A stretch of 64,000 bases of DNA from a virus. Taxonomy: Duplodnaviria > Heunggongvirae > Uroviricota > Caudoviricetes. The notes under the pieces were generated by a model. The model was not told the DNA's origin, did no database searches, and worked only from the letters and a program-made list of their open reading frames with translations. Shown here piece by piece: positions 47,178 to 56,311 of this stretch. Every line of letters begins with the position of its first letter. Position 1 is the stretch's first letter. The stretch is taken from the IMG/VR virus record IMGVR_UViG_3300025316_000590, positions 128,134 through 192,133 of that record; one strand, given 5' to 3'. The position numbers and the translations under genes are program-made.

Positions 47178-47234
47178 GAGCATCGCCAATGCCCAAATCA
47201 TGTCCGCCACGCCCTGTCTGCGTTTGGCGATGCT
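47178..47234 (+). promoter_or_regulatory. 12-bp perfect inverted repeat (GAGCATCGCCAA / TTGGCGATGCTC) upstream of endonuclease-like gene
   Basis: stem flanks about 30-nt loop; third GCATCGCC copy overlaps RBS. Confidence 0.35.
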
Positions 47235-47270
47235 CCAGGGCCTCTGGCGGACTGCATAAGGAGCATCGCC

Positions 47271-47816
47271 ATGCTAGAACGACGACGAATTCAAACAAGT
47301 CCTGAAGAAATTAGGAAGGCTAGAAAGAGGTACACAAATCGCCAGTGTTACCTACGGAATCGTGAATCTATAAATATGCGTAGTGCAAAAAGATGGGCAG
47401 AACTTTGGAAGAATGATCCAGACAAGGCAAGGGCGATAATTGGCAAGAGTCAACGCAAGCATCGAGATCGTCGTCACGTAGATGTTTCCATAGCGTTAGA
47501 GTGTATGATGCGAAACGCACGTGCTCGTAGTGCCAGACGTAACCTGGATTGCAACATATCGCTAGAATACCTGCGTCAGGTTTATGATTTACAGGGCGGT
47601 GTTTGTGCTATAACGGCTATGCCGTTTGAGCAAACTACTGACTACGGAAAGATGTCGTTAGATCGTATTGATCCATCGTGTGGTTACGTTCAGGGTAACA
47701 TTAGAATTGTTTGGTTACTAGTGAATAACGCTATGGGTGTCTGGGGTGAGGGGCCTTTACTTCGAGTTGCAGAGGCGATTGTGGAACGGAATTTAGTAAG
47801 GAATCAACCTAAATGA
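47271..47816 (+). mobile_element. putative phage homing-type endonuclease gene (SLDRIDPS.GY..GN.RIV motif), AT-richer insert; N-terminus MLERRRIQT
   Basis: low-GC codon usage relative to flanks; sits between a truncated and a full copy of the same gene 5' end. Confidence 0.45.
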
Positions 47817-48178
47817 GTCCAGGTGAAGTTGCATCCGAGTTGGCAGCCTTGGTCATTAGCGAAGTTAGTGATATGAATGATCTCGGTCGTCGTATTGTTG
47901 CTAATCGTTTAGGCGAACTGATAAGTCCCTGGCTACCAGCACCTGTTCGTCCGGAACAGGGAACTGCGGCGACCGTACCCATGAACGATGTCGAGGCCAA
48001 AGCCTATGGCCAGACGGCGACCATGAGGTTTGGGAAGTACGAGGGTAAGCGTATCGATGCTGTTCCACTGGACTACCTAATATGGCTGACCGATGAGTCC
48101 CGCCGCCTGTGGCGTGAGATGCACAGGTACTTGAACAGTCCCCGCATCAAACTGGAGCGTGATCAGAAGGGGCTATGA
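47813..48178 (+). CDS. hypothetical protein (full-length copy whose 5' end is duplicated at 46887..47018)
   Basis: ATGA overlap with endonuclease gene; 5' portion AT-richer (donor-like). Confidence 0.45.
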   Translation: MSPGEVASELAALVISEVSDMNDLGRRIVANRLGELISPWLPAPVRPEQGTAATVPMNDVEAKAYGQTATMRFGKYEGKRIDAVPLDYLIWLTDESRRLWREMHRYLNSPRIKLERDQKGL

Positions 48179-48447
48179 TGAGTGACCTGCGGCCTACCTG
48201 CAAAGCGTGCCGGTGTAGATTCGATCCATCAAATCGTATGGATAAGCTATCGCGAGCCGGCATCACGCCGCACTGCCACGAGATGATGTACTGCCGTGAG
48301 TGTGCCGACGAACTGTTCCGCGACACGATCAGCAGCCGACCGGCCCAGCTATTCTCAGCCGGCCCAGGCTGTCCGATGGAACATGGCGGGAGCGACGATC
48401 CAAGCCCGTGGGAAGAAAACAACGTGCGACTGATGGAGGACGGGTGA
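48175..48447 (+). CDS. small Cys-rich zinc-ribbon protein
   Basis: CKACRC...HCHEMMYCRECADE. Confidence 0.3.
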   Translation: MMSDLRPTCKACRCRFDPSNRMDKLSRAGITPHCHEMMYCRECADELFRDTISSRPAQLFSAGPGCPMEHGGSDDPSPWEENNVRLMEDG

Positions 48448-48662
48448 TGCAAGTTGGACCGAAGCAGTGCGACGATGGGCCGTATTGCTGGGGCTGCGTT
48501 CATAACCTGGACAGCCACGGCGGGTTCTCCTGTCATCATCCAGATCGTGAATACGAGAGGCTGCCCTGGGATAATCATACGCCGCAGCGGTGTCCAGTAT
48601 TGAAAGCACCATGCACGACATCGACCAAGCTACTGCCGAGATCATCTTCCACGGGCTCATAA
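48447..48662 (+). CDS. small Cys/His-rich protein
   Basis: CDDGPYCWGCVHN...CHHPD. Confidence 0.25.
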   Translation: MQVGPKQCDDGPYCWGCVHNLDSHGGFSCHHPDREYERLPWDNHTPQRCPVLKAPCTTSTKLLPRSSSTGS

Positions 48663-48985
48663 ATAAGTCTGGGCCGCCGGTGGTCATGGTTCGGGACAAG
48701 TTCGGCCAGTACACGAGGTCCGAGACCGGCGAGGCTCCCGGCCATTTGCCGTGGGGCGAGGAAGACGCCGGTTTGCCCGCCTGGGACAAGCCCCTGGCCG
48801 ATGTATCGGCCTTAACTACCCGAACGCCAGCCCAGGCCCCGTCACGACCCGCTGTGACGCCGCCTGTGGCCGCACGTGAGCCCGTCGCCCGCAGGTCGAT
48901 AGAACGGCTGGCCAGTGACTTTGACCGCCTGTGGGGCCAAACAGCGGCCCCTGCCACCCCAACGCGAAGGAGGATCCAAACATGA
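48611..48985 (+). CDS. hypothetical protein ending ...PTRRRIQT*
   Basis: C-terminal recurrent basic motif; Pro/Ala-rich linker. Confidence 0.35.
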   Translation: MHDIDQATAEIIFHGLINKSGPPVVMVRDKFGQYTRSETGEAPGHLPWGEEDAGLPAWDKPLADVSALTTRTPAQAPSRPAVTPPVAAREPVARRSIERLASDFDRLWGQTAAPATPTRRRIQT

Positions 48986-49227
48986 AACGACTTCTAGCTC
49001 TAGCCCTGCTGGTTTTATGTATCGGCTGCGGCGAAACCACGGTGGCCCCGACCAGTGACACCCTTCCCACGGGAGCGACGAACGTCCGCGAGGTGGGCAA
49101 CGGCTGGTCTACCTTCGACTGGCAGGGGCATCATATTTTGTACCACAAGTTCAACTATCAGAACGGTGGCCAGATTTCCCGCAGCGAGTCGTTCTGCGTG
49201 ATCAGCATGAAGGCGGAGAAGCCATGA
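48982..49227 (+). CDS. small lipoprotein (lipobox LCIGC)
   Basis: MKRLLALALLVLCIGCGETT; AAGGAGG RBS. Confidence 0.45.
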   Translation: MKRLLALALLVLCIGCGETTVAPTSDTLPTGATNVREVGNGWSTFDWQGHHILYHKFNYQNGGQISRSESFCVISMKAEKP

Positions 49228-49442
49228 GAATCATCCACTTCTTGAAGAGGCTGTTCTGCGGCCATCGCACGTGGCGACTGGCGACCTACGGCGAGATCCC
49301 GCATCCGCGGGCCAACATGCCGGGGAACGCCAGCATCACCCTGGTGTGCGTGGACTGCTTGGCGAGTCGCTCATACTGGCTGGCCGATACATTCGCTCAG
49401 TACCAGCACAGCAACCGCAAGGCGATGGAGGAGCCCACATGA
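49224..49442 (+). CDS. hypothetical Cys-containing protein
   Basis: 72 aa ORF, ATGA overlap. Confidence 0.3.
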   Translation: MRIIHFLKRLFCGHRTWRLATYGEIPHPRANMPGNASITLVCVDCLASRSYWLADTFAQYQHSNRKAMEEPT

Positions 49443-49846
49443 GCACTTGCCGCTGCGGAACCGAAGTCACGACGCCCTATTGCCCGGCCTGCGGATTCAA
49501 GCAGACTGATGCGGAGAAGGCCCCGGCTATCGGCCTGCTGATCTACCTGAAGGCCCAGCGGGCGAAGAGCCAGCAGTGGGCCGACAAGTTTGCGAAGCCG
49601 CATAGCTGCCTGAGCGACGGCGAACGTGCCCGCCGGTACGAGAAGCAGATGGCGACGGTGGCTCGATGGGATAGATGGATTGCCTGGGTGGAGGAGATGT
49701 CGAAGCCGCCCGTAGACCTAGCGGTTGCAAATATGGCACGAGGGACTAACGTCATGAAGGATCAGCCCGACCTCGTATGCGTGTGCGGCAAGACCATCGA
49801 AGGCGTATGCCCGCGGTGCGGCCAGAACATGGGAACGTGTAAATGA
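49439..49846 (+). CDS. double zinc-ribbon protein
   Basis: CRCG...CPACG at N-term and CVCG...CPRCG at C-term. Confidence 0.35.
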   Translation: MSTCRCGTEVTTPYCPACGFKQTDAEKAPAIGLLIYLKAQRAKSQQWADKFAKPHSCLSDGERARRYEKQMATVARWDRWIAWVEEMSKPPVDLAVANMARGTNVMKDQPDLVCVCGKTIEGVCPRCGQNMGTCK

Positions 49847-50274
49847 AGTGTCCTCACTGTCAAAAAGAAATCGACGTGCGAGAAATGGCCCATATCGAAA
49901 ACTACCCCAACACAGTCTCGGCACGCATCATTCATTGCGGGCGACAGGTGTTCATGATCGACGGCAAGCAGGGCCTGTGGTCTCGGATGCCGCCGGACAA
50001 GAATAATCCCGGCGAGGCAGTGATGGCCATGATGAACGTAGGCAAGGGAGGTAAGGCACACAAGTTCTTTCCTTTGCCAAAACTCGATGCCCTACTGCGG
50101 CCCGCCCTGGCCGTCAGCAACCGTCAGGGTGAGCTTGCTGCGGCTATCGATGAATCTATTGCCGCCTTGAGACGCGACCTGCCTGCTCCGGTGCTGCTGC
50201 ATGGTGAGAACTGTGCCTGCGGCAGCCATGTTTGCTACGCGATCCGAACACTAACGAAGGTGATGAAGCGATGA
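49843..50274 (+). CDS. zinc-ribbon protein
   Basis: MKCPHCQKEI...HCG...CACGSHVC. Confidence 0.35.
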   Translation: MKCPHCQKEIDVREMAHIENYPNTVSARIIHCGRQVFMIDGKQGLWSRMPPDKNNPGEAVMAMMNVGKGGKAHKFFPLPKLDALLRPALAVSNRQGELAAAIDESIAALRRDLPAPVLLHGENCACGSHVCYAIRTLTKVMKR

Positions 50275-50477
50275 CCCGACGCTACATACAAACCTGGCAG
50301 CCGATCACGGACACTTCGCCGCCGATGGATGTAGCCGTCGAGACCAAAATCAGCGACCACGAGGGCGAACGGAACATCCAGCGGATGCGGCGTGGTGGCT
50401 CGAACGGGCGACTGTGGTTCATGGATGGTGGCATGTACGTTTACTATCAACCGACGCACTGGAGGCATCAACTATGA
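50271..50477 (+). CDS. hypothetical protein
   Basis: ATGA overlap; 68 aa. Confidence 0.3.
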   Translation: MTRRYIQTWQPITDTSPPMDVAVETKISDHEGERNIQRMRRGGSNGRLWFMDGGMYVYYQPTHWRHQL

Positions 50478-50839
50478 TCACGACGCGACATTACAAGCCG
50501 GTACTTCCGCCAAAGGCTACCGTGCAAGAACGGGACTGTGCTGATCGCTGGATTCGCGTCACGGGCCGCAAGGAGTGCCGCACATGGCTTGTGGTTGGCA
50601 ATCAGTACTTCGACTTCGGTCGCGGGTTCGAGTTCACGCTTGAAGAAGCGCATTGGCACTGCTGGATGATGGCCAAGGCTCTGCTGAAGATCGAGAGGCG
50701 GGCGGAGGGCGTCGTGCGTGCTGAAATCAACGCCATTACAGTCAAGGCGGCCCGCAGTCAGCGGGATACCGCGAAGTTCCTGAGCGGCCTGCGGAAGTTT
50801 GAGGACGCATCACGTAAGGTAAGGATTCATTGCAAATGA
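50474..50839 (+). CDS. hypothetical protein
   Basis: ATGA overlap; 121 aa. Confidence 0.3.
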   Translation: MITTRHYKPVLPPKATVQERDCADRWIRVTGRKECRTWLVVGNQYFDFGRGFEFTLEEAHWHCWMMAKALLKIERRAEGVVRAEINAITVKAARSQRDTAKFLSGLRKFEDASRKVRIHCK

Positions 50840-51039
50840 AGGTACGCATGCTGACGCTTGAGTTCAATAATGGCCCGCCGCTGACGATGGTGGTTCCAGA
50901 CGGATCCGTTCGTGATGGAGCCACCGTCACGGGAGTCATTCTAACCGAGGCCATCGACGCCCCGGACTTCTCCGATGATATGGTGCAGTCTGTGATCGAG
51001 AACGGTCGCCCCGTGCTGAAGCCCGTGAGGTCGAGATGA
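50836..51039 (+). CDS. hypothetical protein
   Basis: 67 aa ORF. Confidence 0.3.
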   Translation: MKVRMLTLEFNNGPPLTMVVPDGSVRDGATVTGVILTEAIDAPDFSDDMVQSVIENGRPVLKPVRSR

Positions 51040-51233
51040 TCGACGTACACGATACGATAGTGATCGGTCGCCACGCTAAGGCCACCGAATCTAACGAGAT
51101 CGTCTTGGCTGCCGGCCCTGATAACCAATTGCGGTTCAAAGCGGACGGTCGCGTACTGCATAACGGCAGGCTGCTGGCCACCAACGTCGAGATCACCGAC
51201 ACCATGCTGGAGATACTGCGTGACTGCCGATGA
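51036..51233 (+). CDS. hypothetical protein
   Basis: 65 aa ORF, ATGA overlap. Confidence 0.3.
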   Translation: MIDVHDTIVIGRHAKATESNEIVLAAGPDNQLRFKADGRVLHNGRLLATNVEITDTMLEILRDCR

Positions 51234-51255
51234 AGTCGAACACGCCGTGCGGAAC

Positions 51256-51735
51256 ATGCGGGCCTGGGGAAAAATGATCTGGATGCGGCAGATGCGTGTC
51301 GGGTCAGGCTTCGGCGACGACGGCGAGCGCACGATGGACTTATGGGGAATAGAATCCGACCGTCGCTGCCGGCGGGTATCCATCGAGATCAAAGTATCAC
51401 GCCCCGATTTTCGCAGCGACGTTAAGAATCGCATGAAGCAACGCCGGGCCAGGATGCTGTGCAACGAGTTTTACTACGCAACGCCTGGTGGCCTGCTGAC
51501 GCACGATGATATCCCACAGTGGGCTGGGCTCATCGAGATCATGCCGATCACAACTCGTGGCCAGAGATGGTGGGGAGCCCCTGGTGCTACGGTGTTTGGT
51601 AAGGTAACCGTAAGTGCGCCCTGGTTCGATTCCTCGGCCCCGACGTGGAGATTTGTTGCCAGCCTGGCACGCCGCATCGCCGCCGAGGAGAAGGTGATCG
51701 AACGACGCAAAATACAAACCCAAGGAGAATCATAA
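51256..51735 (+). CDS. PD-(D/E)xK nuclease, MmcB-like; C-terminus ...IERRKIQTQGES
   Basis: RVSIEIKVSRPDF matches MmcB-family E.K core; start could be GTG 51220. Confidence 0.4.
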   Translation: MRAWGKMIWMRQMRVGSGFGDDGERTMDLWGIESDRRCRRVSIEIKVSRPDFRSDVKNRMKQRRARMLCNEFYYATPGGLLTHDDIPQWAGLIEIMPITTRGQRWWGAPGATVFGKVTVSAPWFDSSAPTWRFVASLARRIAAEEKVIERRKIQTQGES

Positions 51736-52026
51736 GTGACGAACGTACAACAGCATCTGGCCCTGCTGGGCCACAAGGTCAAAGACAAGGTCACCGGACT
51801 GGAGGGCGTCTGCTCGTCGATCTCGTTCGACCTGTACGGTTGCATCCAGGCGACCCTGGACCTCGGCTTCGACAAAGACGGCAAACGCCTCGACCAGTAC
51901 TGGATGGATGTGTGCCGCCTGAACGTGATCAGCGAGAAGCCGGTCATGACGCAGCCCGACTACGTCGAAGGCCCCGTTGCCGAGGGTCATCATGGCCCCG
52001 CCGACAAGCCAGCCCCGCGACAATGA
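51736..52026 (+). CDS. hypothetical protein (GTG start)
   Basis: 96 aa ORF. Confidence 0.3.
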   Translation: MTNVQQHLALLGHKVKDKVTGLEGVCSSISFDLYGCIQATLDLGFDKDGKRLDQYWMDVCRLNVISEKPVMTQPDYVEGPVAEGHHGPADKPAPRQ

Positions 52027-52166
52027 ACGACCGAACTATGAAGTGCCAGGAGTGCGGCTACTGGCCGTGCCGCTGCAACGCGATGGGCTGCTGGACGTTT
52101 ATCGTGATGGTGGTGCTGACTGTAGCCGCTCTGGTTTGCCTCGTTCTAATGAGTCCGCGATCATGA
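52023..52166 (+). CDS. small Cys-rich membrane protein (47 aa)
   Basis: CQECGYWPCRCN then TM FIVMVVLTVAALVCLVLM. Confidence 0.3.
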   Translation: MNDRTMKCQECGYWPCRCNAMGCWTFIVMVVLTVAALVCLVLMSPRS

Positions 52167-52507
52167 ACACCGATCTACAGAACTACTGCCCCGACAGTAA
52201 GTTTCCAAAGGATCACTGTCAGAAGTGTGGTGCCCAGCCGACCAGGAGAATCAGCGGCATGCCATACGCATGGGTGTGTGGCAGCCGCATCGATTCCGAT
52301 GGACGGGACCAACACTCCTTGGAGTGCCAGCTATCGGAGATGCACATCATCAACCGCCGGCTGCGGTACGAACTGTTGTGCTGCGCCGTGCTGCCGTGCG
52401 AAACCGAGGAGGATTGCAACGCCGTATATGAGAACGAGGACTTGCTGCACGTGTCTGAACGTCTGGGCCGATACATCGACGAACTGAAGCAAAAGCCGAA
52501 GTCATGA
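52163..52507 (+). CDS. Cys-rich hypothetical protein
   Basis: ATGA overlap; CQKCG...C. Confidence 0.3.
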   Translation: MNTDLQNYCPDSKFPKDHCQKCGAQPTRRISGMPYAWVCGSRIDSDGRDQHSLECQLSEMHIINRRLRYELLCCAVLPCETEEDCNAVYENEDLLHVSERLGRYIDELKQKPKS

Positions 52508-52830
52508 GCACAGATATTCACGTTTGTCAGCACAACCATAACTTCTATGGTAAGTTTCTCGGTAAGCCAGGCGAGGAGTGCAGGACCAAACCCACCCTGG
52601 CCTTTGAGGAAATTCAGACGCCGGTGTTCTTCAGTGGCCTGGGCGGCAAGTCGGTTATGGACTATGTGATGGGCTGGACGACGTTCTACTGCGAGGAACA
52701 CGCCAAGTTATTTACGCACTACACTGGGAGGCAGCCTCGACCCATCCTGCCGCGTGACGTGACGAGCTACAACGAAATGATGGCCAGGATGGAGAGGCAG
52801 CAGAGTAGTGATGTCGGTCTACGTGGATGA
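52504..52830 (+). CDS. hypothetical protein
   Basis: 108 aa ORF. Confidence 0.3.
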   Translation: MSTDIHVCQHNHNFYGKFLGKPGEECRTKPTLAFEEIQTPVFFSGLGGKSVMDYVMGWTTFYCEEHAKLFTHYTGRQPRPILPRDVTSYNEMMARMERQQSSDVGLRG

Positions 52831-53092
52831 TCTACGTGATACGTCTATGGCGTTTATCCGCAACTGGCCCTATGCTGAAGCCTGTCATCTTATGGCCGAC
52901 AGCGACGCGGAACTCGAAGCGTTCGCCCGCAGTATCGGCTTGCGAAGGGGATGGCGGCACGGCGATCATTACGACCTAACCCGAGCACGGCGGGCAGTAG
53001 CTGTGCGAGCCGGGGCCATCGAGGTGACGGCCCGCCGACTTGTAGAAATAAGGAAGCAGCATGAGCACGGACGTTCTAATCGAAGAAGATGA
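52808..53092 (+). CDS. DUF4031-like protein
   Basis: VYVDDL...W.YAEACHLMADSDAELEAFARSIGLRRGW motif typical of DUF4031. Confidence 0.4.
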   Translation: MMSVYVDDLRDTSMAFIRNWPYAEACHLMADSDAELEAFARSIGLRRGWRHGDHYDLTRARRAVAVRAGAIEVTARRLVEIRKQHEHGRSNRRR

Positions 53093-53273
53093 CGCAGAAG
53101 ACCTGCCCCCGAAGCGACCGTGTATGCGGTGTTATCAGACGTTCCAGCCGAAGGAAAAGTACCACACGCTGTGTCATGGCTGCCGGTCGAAGCCCATCAA
53201 CCTGAGCGCACGCGAGGCTAATCTAGAGCGAGCCAAACCCCAGGGCGGGACAGTGCCTGAATCATCTCGGTGA
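53061..53273 (+). CDS. zinc-ribbon protein
   Basis: CMRCYQ...CHGCRS. Confidence 0.3.
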   Translation: MSTDVLIEEDDAEDLPPKRPCMRCYQTFQPKEKYHTLCHGCRSKPINLSAREANLERAKPQGGTVPESSR

Positions 53274-53290
53274 GCCGTGTCTGGTTAGGC

Positions 53291-53647
53291 ATGAACCAAG
53301 GCGACACCGACTTTCTGCATAATCTACTAACCCGCCTCGTCGCGGCCAACGATGCCTATCGTAAGTCAGAGTATCGTGGCCAGATCATGCGGTTCTCCGA
53401 GGACTTCGTGCGTGGCCGCGAGGTTATGTCCGACGAAGACGTCAAGAACCGCATTAAGCAGATACTGGAAGACAGGCAGGCGGCCTTCATGAGTCGCCGC
53501 ATGCCCGACGTTGAGACTGCCACAAACGCTATGATCGCCCTGGTACGGGAACTGACGAGGCCAGTCATAGTACGCCGCCGCATGCAGACACCGCCGCCCG
53601 AACCACCTGCACCGCCGCCATCATCGCGGCCTGGCTGGGAGCTTTGA
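53291..53647 (+). CDS. hypothetical protein with C-terminal VRRRMQTPPPEPP...GWEL
   Basis: ATG 15 nt after GTGTCTGG motif. Confidence 0.35.
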   Translation: MNQGDTDFLHNLLTRLVAANDAYRKSEYRGQIMRFSEDFVRGREVMSDEDVKNRIKQILEDRQAAFMSRRMPDVETATNAMIALVRELTRPVIVRRRMQTPPPEPPAPPPSSRPGWEL

Positions 53648-53832
53648 TCATGAGCCTACTAGACTACTTACAGCAACGCCTGACCGCAGGCCAGAACGTC
53701 GGCCCAACCGAGATCAGAAACATGATCGATGATTATGCATCCGAAAGCGGTGAGACCATCGGCGGAGACGAAGTGTTCTGGTTGATTTACGAGGGCCACA
53801 TGAGCGACTACCCGCATGTCTGGATAGGATGA
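53644..53832 (+). CDS. hypothetical protein
   Basis: 62 aa ORF. Confidence 0.25.
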   Translation: MIMSLLDYLQQRLTAGQNVGPTEIRNMIDDYASESGETIGGDEVFWLIYEGHMSDYPHVWIG

Positions 53833-54023
53833 TGTTCGACATCGACCGCTATCTTGAAAGTCTATCGCCAGCGGCCCGCGAAGCCGTGCAGCGGTACATC
53901 AATACGCCGCCTGAACAGCAGCATTTATCCTCGGTGCTAACGGTAAATCTGACGTTGGCCTTAGCTTACGAGAAGGAGAAACGCGATGCCCGAACGACGC
54001 CGGATGCAAACTATTACTCGTGA
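53829..54023 (+). CDS. hypothetical protein
   Basis: 64 aa ORF. Confidence 0.25.
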   Translation: MMFDIDRYLESLSPAAREAVQRYINTPPEQQHLSSVLTVNLTLALAYEKEKRDARTTPDANYYS

Positions 54024-54609
54024 GACGGTTATACGCCAGACGCAGGAAGATTACGAGAGACGTCTATGGGACTGCGAGAAGTTTCACTGTGAGGTGTGCG
54101 GAGGGCTGTGCTGTCTCTATCCACGGCCATTCGTTAGTGAATACTGCTGCATACTGAAGTGGATGCAGGAATATACCGACAATACCGGCGAGGAGTGGAT
54201 TGAGATTGTCAGGCTAGTTGAGGGTCACGATAACACCACGAGTGGATCATGGGGCGATTCATCGTATATGCGACACTGGGGTGTAGTCGAGCAGCGATTT
54301 GAGTTGATCATTGTGGCCGGGCGCGAGGAACGCGTATTGAAGAAGGGCTGGTATCGTCTGCGTGATCGAGGACGCAGGTTCATTCGCGGCGAACTTCTTA
54401 TTCCACGAATAGCTATCATATTTAAGAACGCTCTGTGTGACTTCGCCTGTGAGGACGTCTCATTTAGACAGGCCACTGAAGTTCGTTTTGATTACAACGA
54501 ACTCATGAACGGTCGCGTGGTGCGCAACGAGTTCAGACCACCTCGCGTGTCGCACGAAGATATACTTAGGAGTCGAAGGCACATGGAAACTCTGGAGTTC
54601 GCACCGTAA
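53986..54609 (+). CDS. hypothetical protein, N-terminal MPERRRMQT motif, Cys/His cluster
   Basis: FHCEVCGGLCCLY. Confidence 0.35.
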   Translation: MPERRRMQTITRETVIRQTQEDYERRLWDCEKFHCEVCGGLCCLYPRPFVSEYCCILKWMQEYTDNTGEEWIEIVRLVEGHDNTTSGSWGDSSYMRHWGVVEQRFELIIVAGREERVLKKGWYRLRDRGRRFIRGELLIPRIAIIFKNALCDFACEDVSFRQATEVRFDYNELMNGRVVRNEFRPPRVSHEDILRSRRHMETLEFAP

Positions 54610-54920
54610 TGCTTCTACTCCCTCCGTCCAAGGATATGTGCCCGGTCTGCGGCCACAAACATGAGCCGCATTTCCCTCATAACGCGAGCAGCATCTACTA
54701 TCAAATGCGGTTCCGCGAACTGCGTGGCCGTTGGCCGACCTGGGCTGACGCCGCGGCACACTGCCTGCCCGGCATGATCGAGTTCTGGAAATCGCAACTG
54801 GGCGATCAGTGGACCGAACCGCCGCCCGGCATCGAGGTGATCGCGGATCCGCCGGCGGAAAGCCTGAACCAGGCGGTCGGCGATCCGAATTCTCCGCATT
54901 TCGGCCCCGAAATGAACTAA
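54609..54920 (+). CDS. hypothetical protein (CPVCGHKHEPH)
   Basis: 103 aa ORF. Confidence 0.3.
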   Translation: MLLLPPSKDMCPVCGHKHEPHFPHNASSIYYQMRFRELRGRWPTWADAAAHCLPGMIEFWKSQLGDQWTEPPPGIEVIADPPAESLNQAVGDPNSPHFGPEMN

Positions 54921-54965
54921 TATCATATTGGCGGGCCGTGTCCAGTGTGATAGGAGGTATGAATC

Positions 54966-55316
54966 ATGTTGCTTTACGCTGTTAAGAACTTGAAAGATGG
55001 CTATATGTGTTCGATTCATACGAGCAAATCGGACGCGATAGCTAACGCCAAAGGACGCCTTAGCGTCGGACTAGATCAGCCGTGGTACGGCCATCGTGGT
55101 CGTGACGCCGTTGTTTTCGTTCCAAACGCGGTTGTCGATGAATACGACACGAGTGTCACCGACGACGTTATGCATAACGCCGTAAAGTACAAGCGTGTGT
55201 GGCCGACAGCCGCCGATCTGAAGATTCGATGGCTTGGTACTGAATTGGCTGAAGATCAACGTCGTGGTGACCGTTGGCCCGATGAGTTGGCCCACGATAT
55301 CGTGGAGATGATCTGA
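54966..55316 (+). CDS. hypothetical protein
   Basis: RBS GGAGG; 27 nt after GTGTCCAG motif. Confidence 0.35.
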   Translation: MLLYAVKNLKDGYMCSIHTSKSDAIANAKGRLSVGLDQPWYGHRGRDAVVFVPNAVVDEYDTSVTDDVMHNAVKYKRVWPTAADLKIRWLGTELAEDQRRGDRWPDELAHDIVEMI

Positions 55317-55523
55317 TAAGGTGACAAATCATGACTGGCCTGCAACTTCTGCAATGGCTTGAGGCGATACCGCGGCAGGAACTGGATCAGACTCAGGTAA
55401 TCCTGGAGCTTGGTCGCCTGGACGAGAACACTCTGGTTACGGCTAAGTACTACCGTGGCACGCCTGAATCACCTCAGCCGCAGCCGACGATCTATTTGAT
55501 TCACAAATGATATTGAACCTCCC

Positions 55524-55531
55524 GTGTCTGG
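55524..55531 (+). promoter_or_regulatory. GTGTCTGG motif instance followed by ATAGGAG RBS
   Basis: intergenic between 54966..55316 gene and next ORFs. Confidence 0.35.
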
Positions 55532-55676
55532 ATAAGGCATAGGAGAATCACTATCGTGACCAATATTCTTGTAACCAGCGGCCCCGTACACGCTTTTACG
55601 ACGGCCAGCTTTGGGAACCCGTGGCAAAGCGGTTGATGGCGGGCGTACTGAAGATCACTTTCCGAGTAAAGGACGT

Positions 55677-56048
55677 ATGATGGCTATGACGAAGAAGGAA
55701 CAGCAGGCAATGGCAGACCTGCAGCAGGAACTCAGGCTGGCGAAGGCCATGCGGTTTACCGAGGACGTGAGGCCCGACGTTGCCCCGCCCAGCGGCAGCG
55801 GCCTGACCAAGGGCTTTCTCTACAACAACTACATCGGTGGCCACAGCGGGCCGCATGTTGAGCCCGCCTGTTCAGGCTGCGTCAGCCATGCCTTTGGGCA
55901 AGATGATCATACGACGACGCAGGATCCGAAGTTTCTGTACTCGACACGGCTGCTGGCCCTGCGTGCCCTGCGTCATTCGGTCGAGATACAGGTAGCGACG
56001 CTTCTGGCGGGTATCGACCAGCAGATCGAAGAGGAGCTTGGAGACTAA
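55677..56048 (+). CDS. hypothetical protein
   Basis: ORF 55611..56048, probable start ATG 55677 after AAGGACG. Confidence 0.3.
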   Translation: MMAMTKKEQQAMADLQQELRLAKAMRFTEDVRPDVAPPSGSGLTKGFLYNNYIGGHSGPHVEPACSGCVSHAFGQDDHTTTQDPKFLYSTRLLALRALRHSVEIQVATLLAGIDQQIEEELGD

Positions 56049-56311
56049 TGGAGAACGTTCCAAAACTATCGAAAGACGCTCGAATTCGCAAAACTCGGTA
56101 TCAAAAGATCGAGGCATATCGTGTTATGCGTCAGGGTCAGATCGGCAGGCGGATGTACAGATCACAAGCCATCGATGAACTGCTGGATTCCGCACTAGCG
56201 AATATTTCAGTTATTACGGAGACCGCTAGTGCGGACATACTTGCACGTATTGATCGTTTGGAACGTGCTGTGTTTCCCGGTGATTTTACGAAAAGGAGTG
56301 ATGGACAATGA
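56048..56311 (+). CDS. hypothetical protein
   Basis: 87 aa ORF, ATGG overlap. Confidence 0.3.
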   Translation: MENVPKLSKDARIRKTRYQKIEAYRVMRQGQIGRRMYRSQAIDELLDSALANISVITETASADILARIDRLERAVFPGDFTKRSDGQ

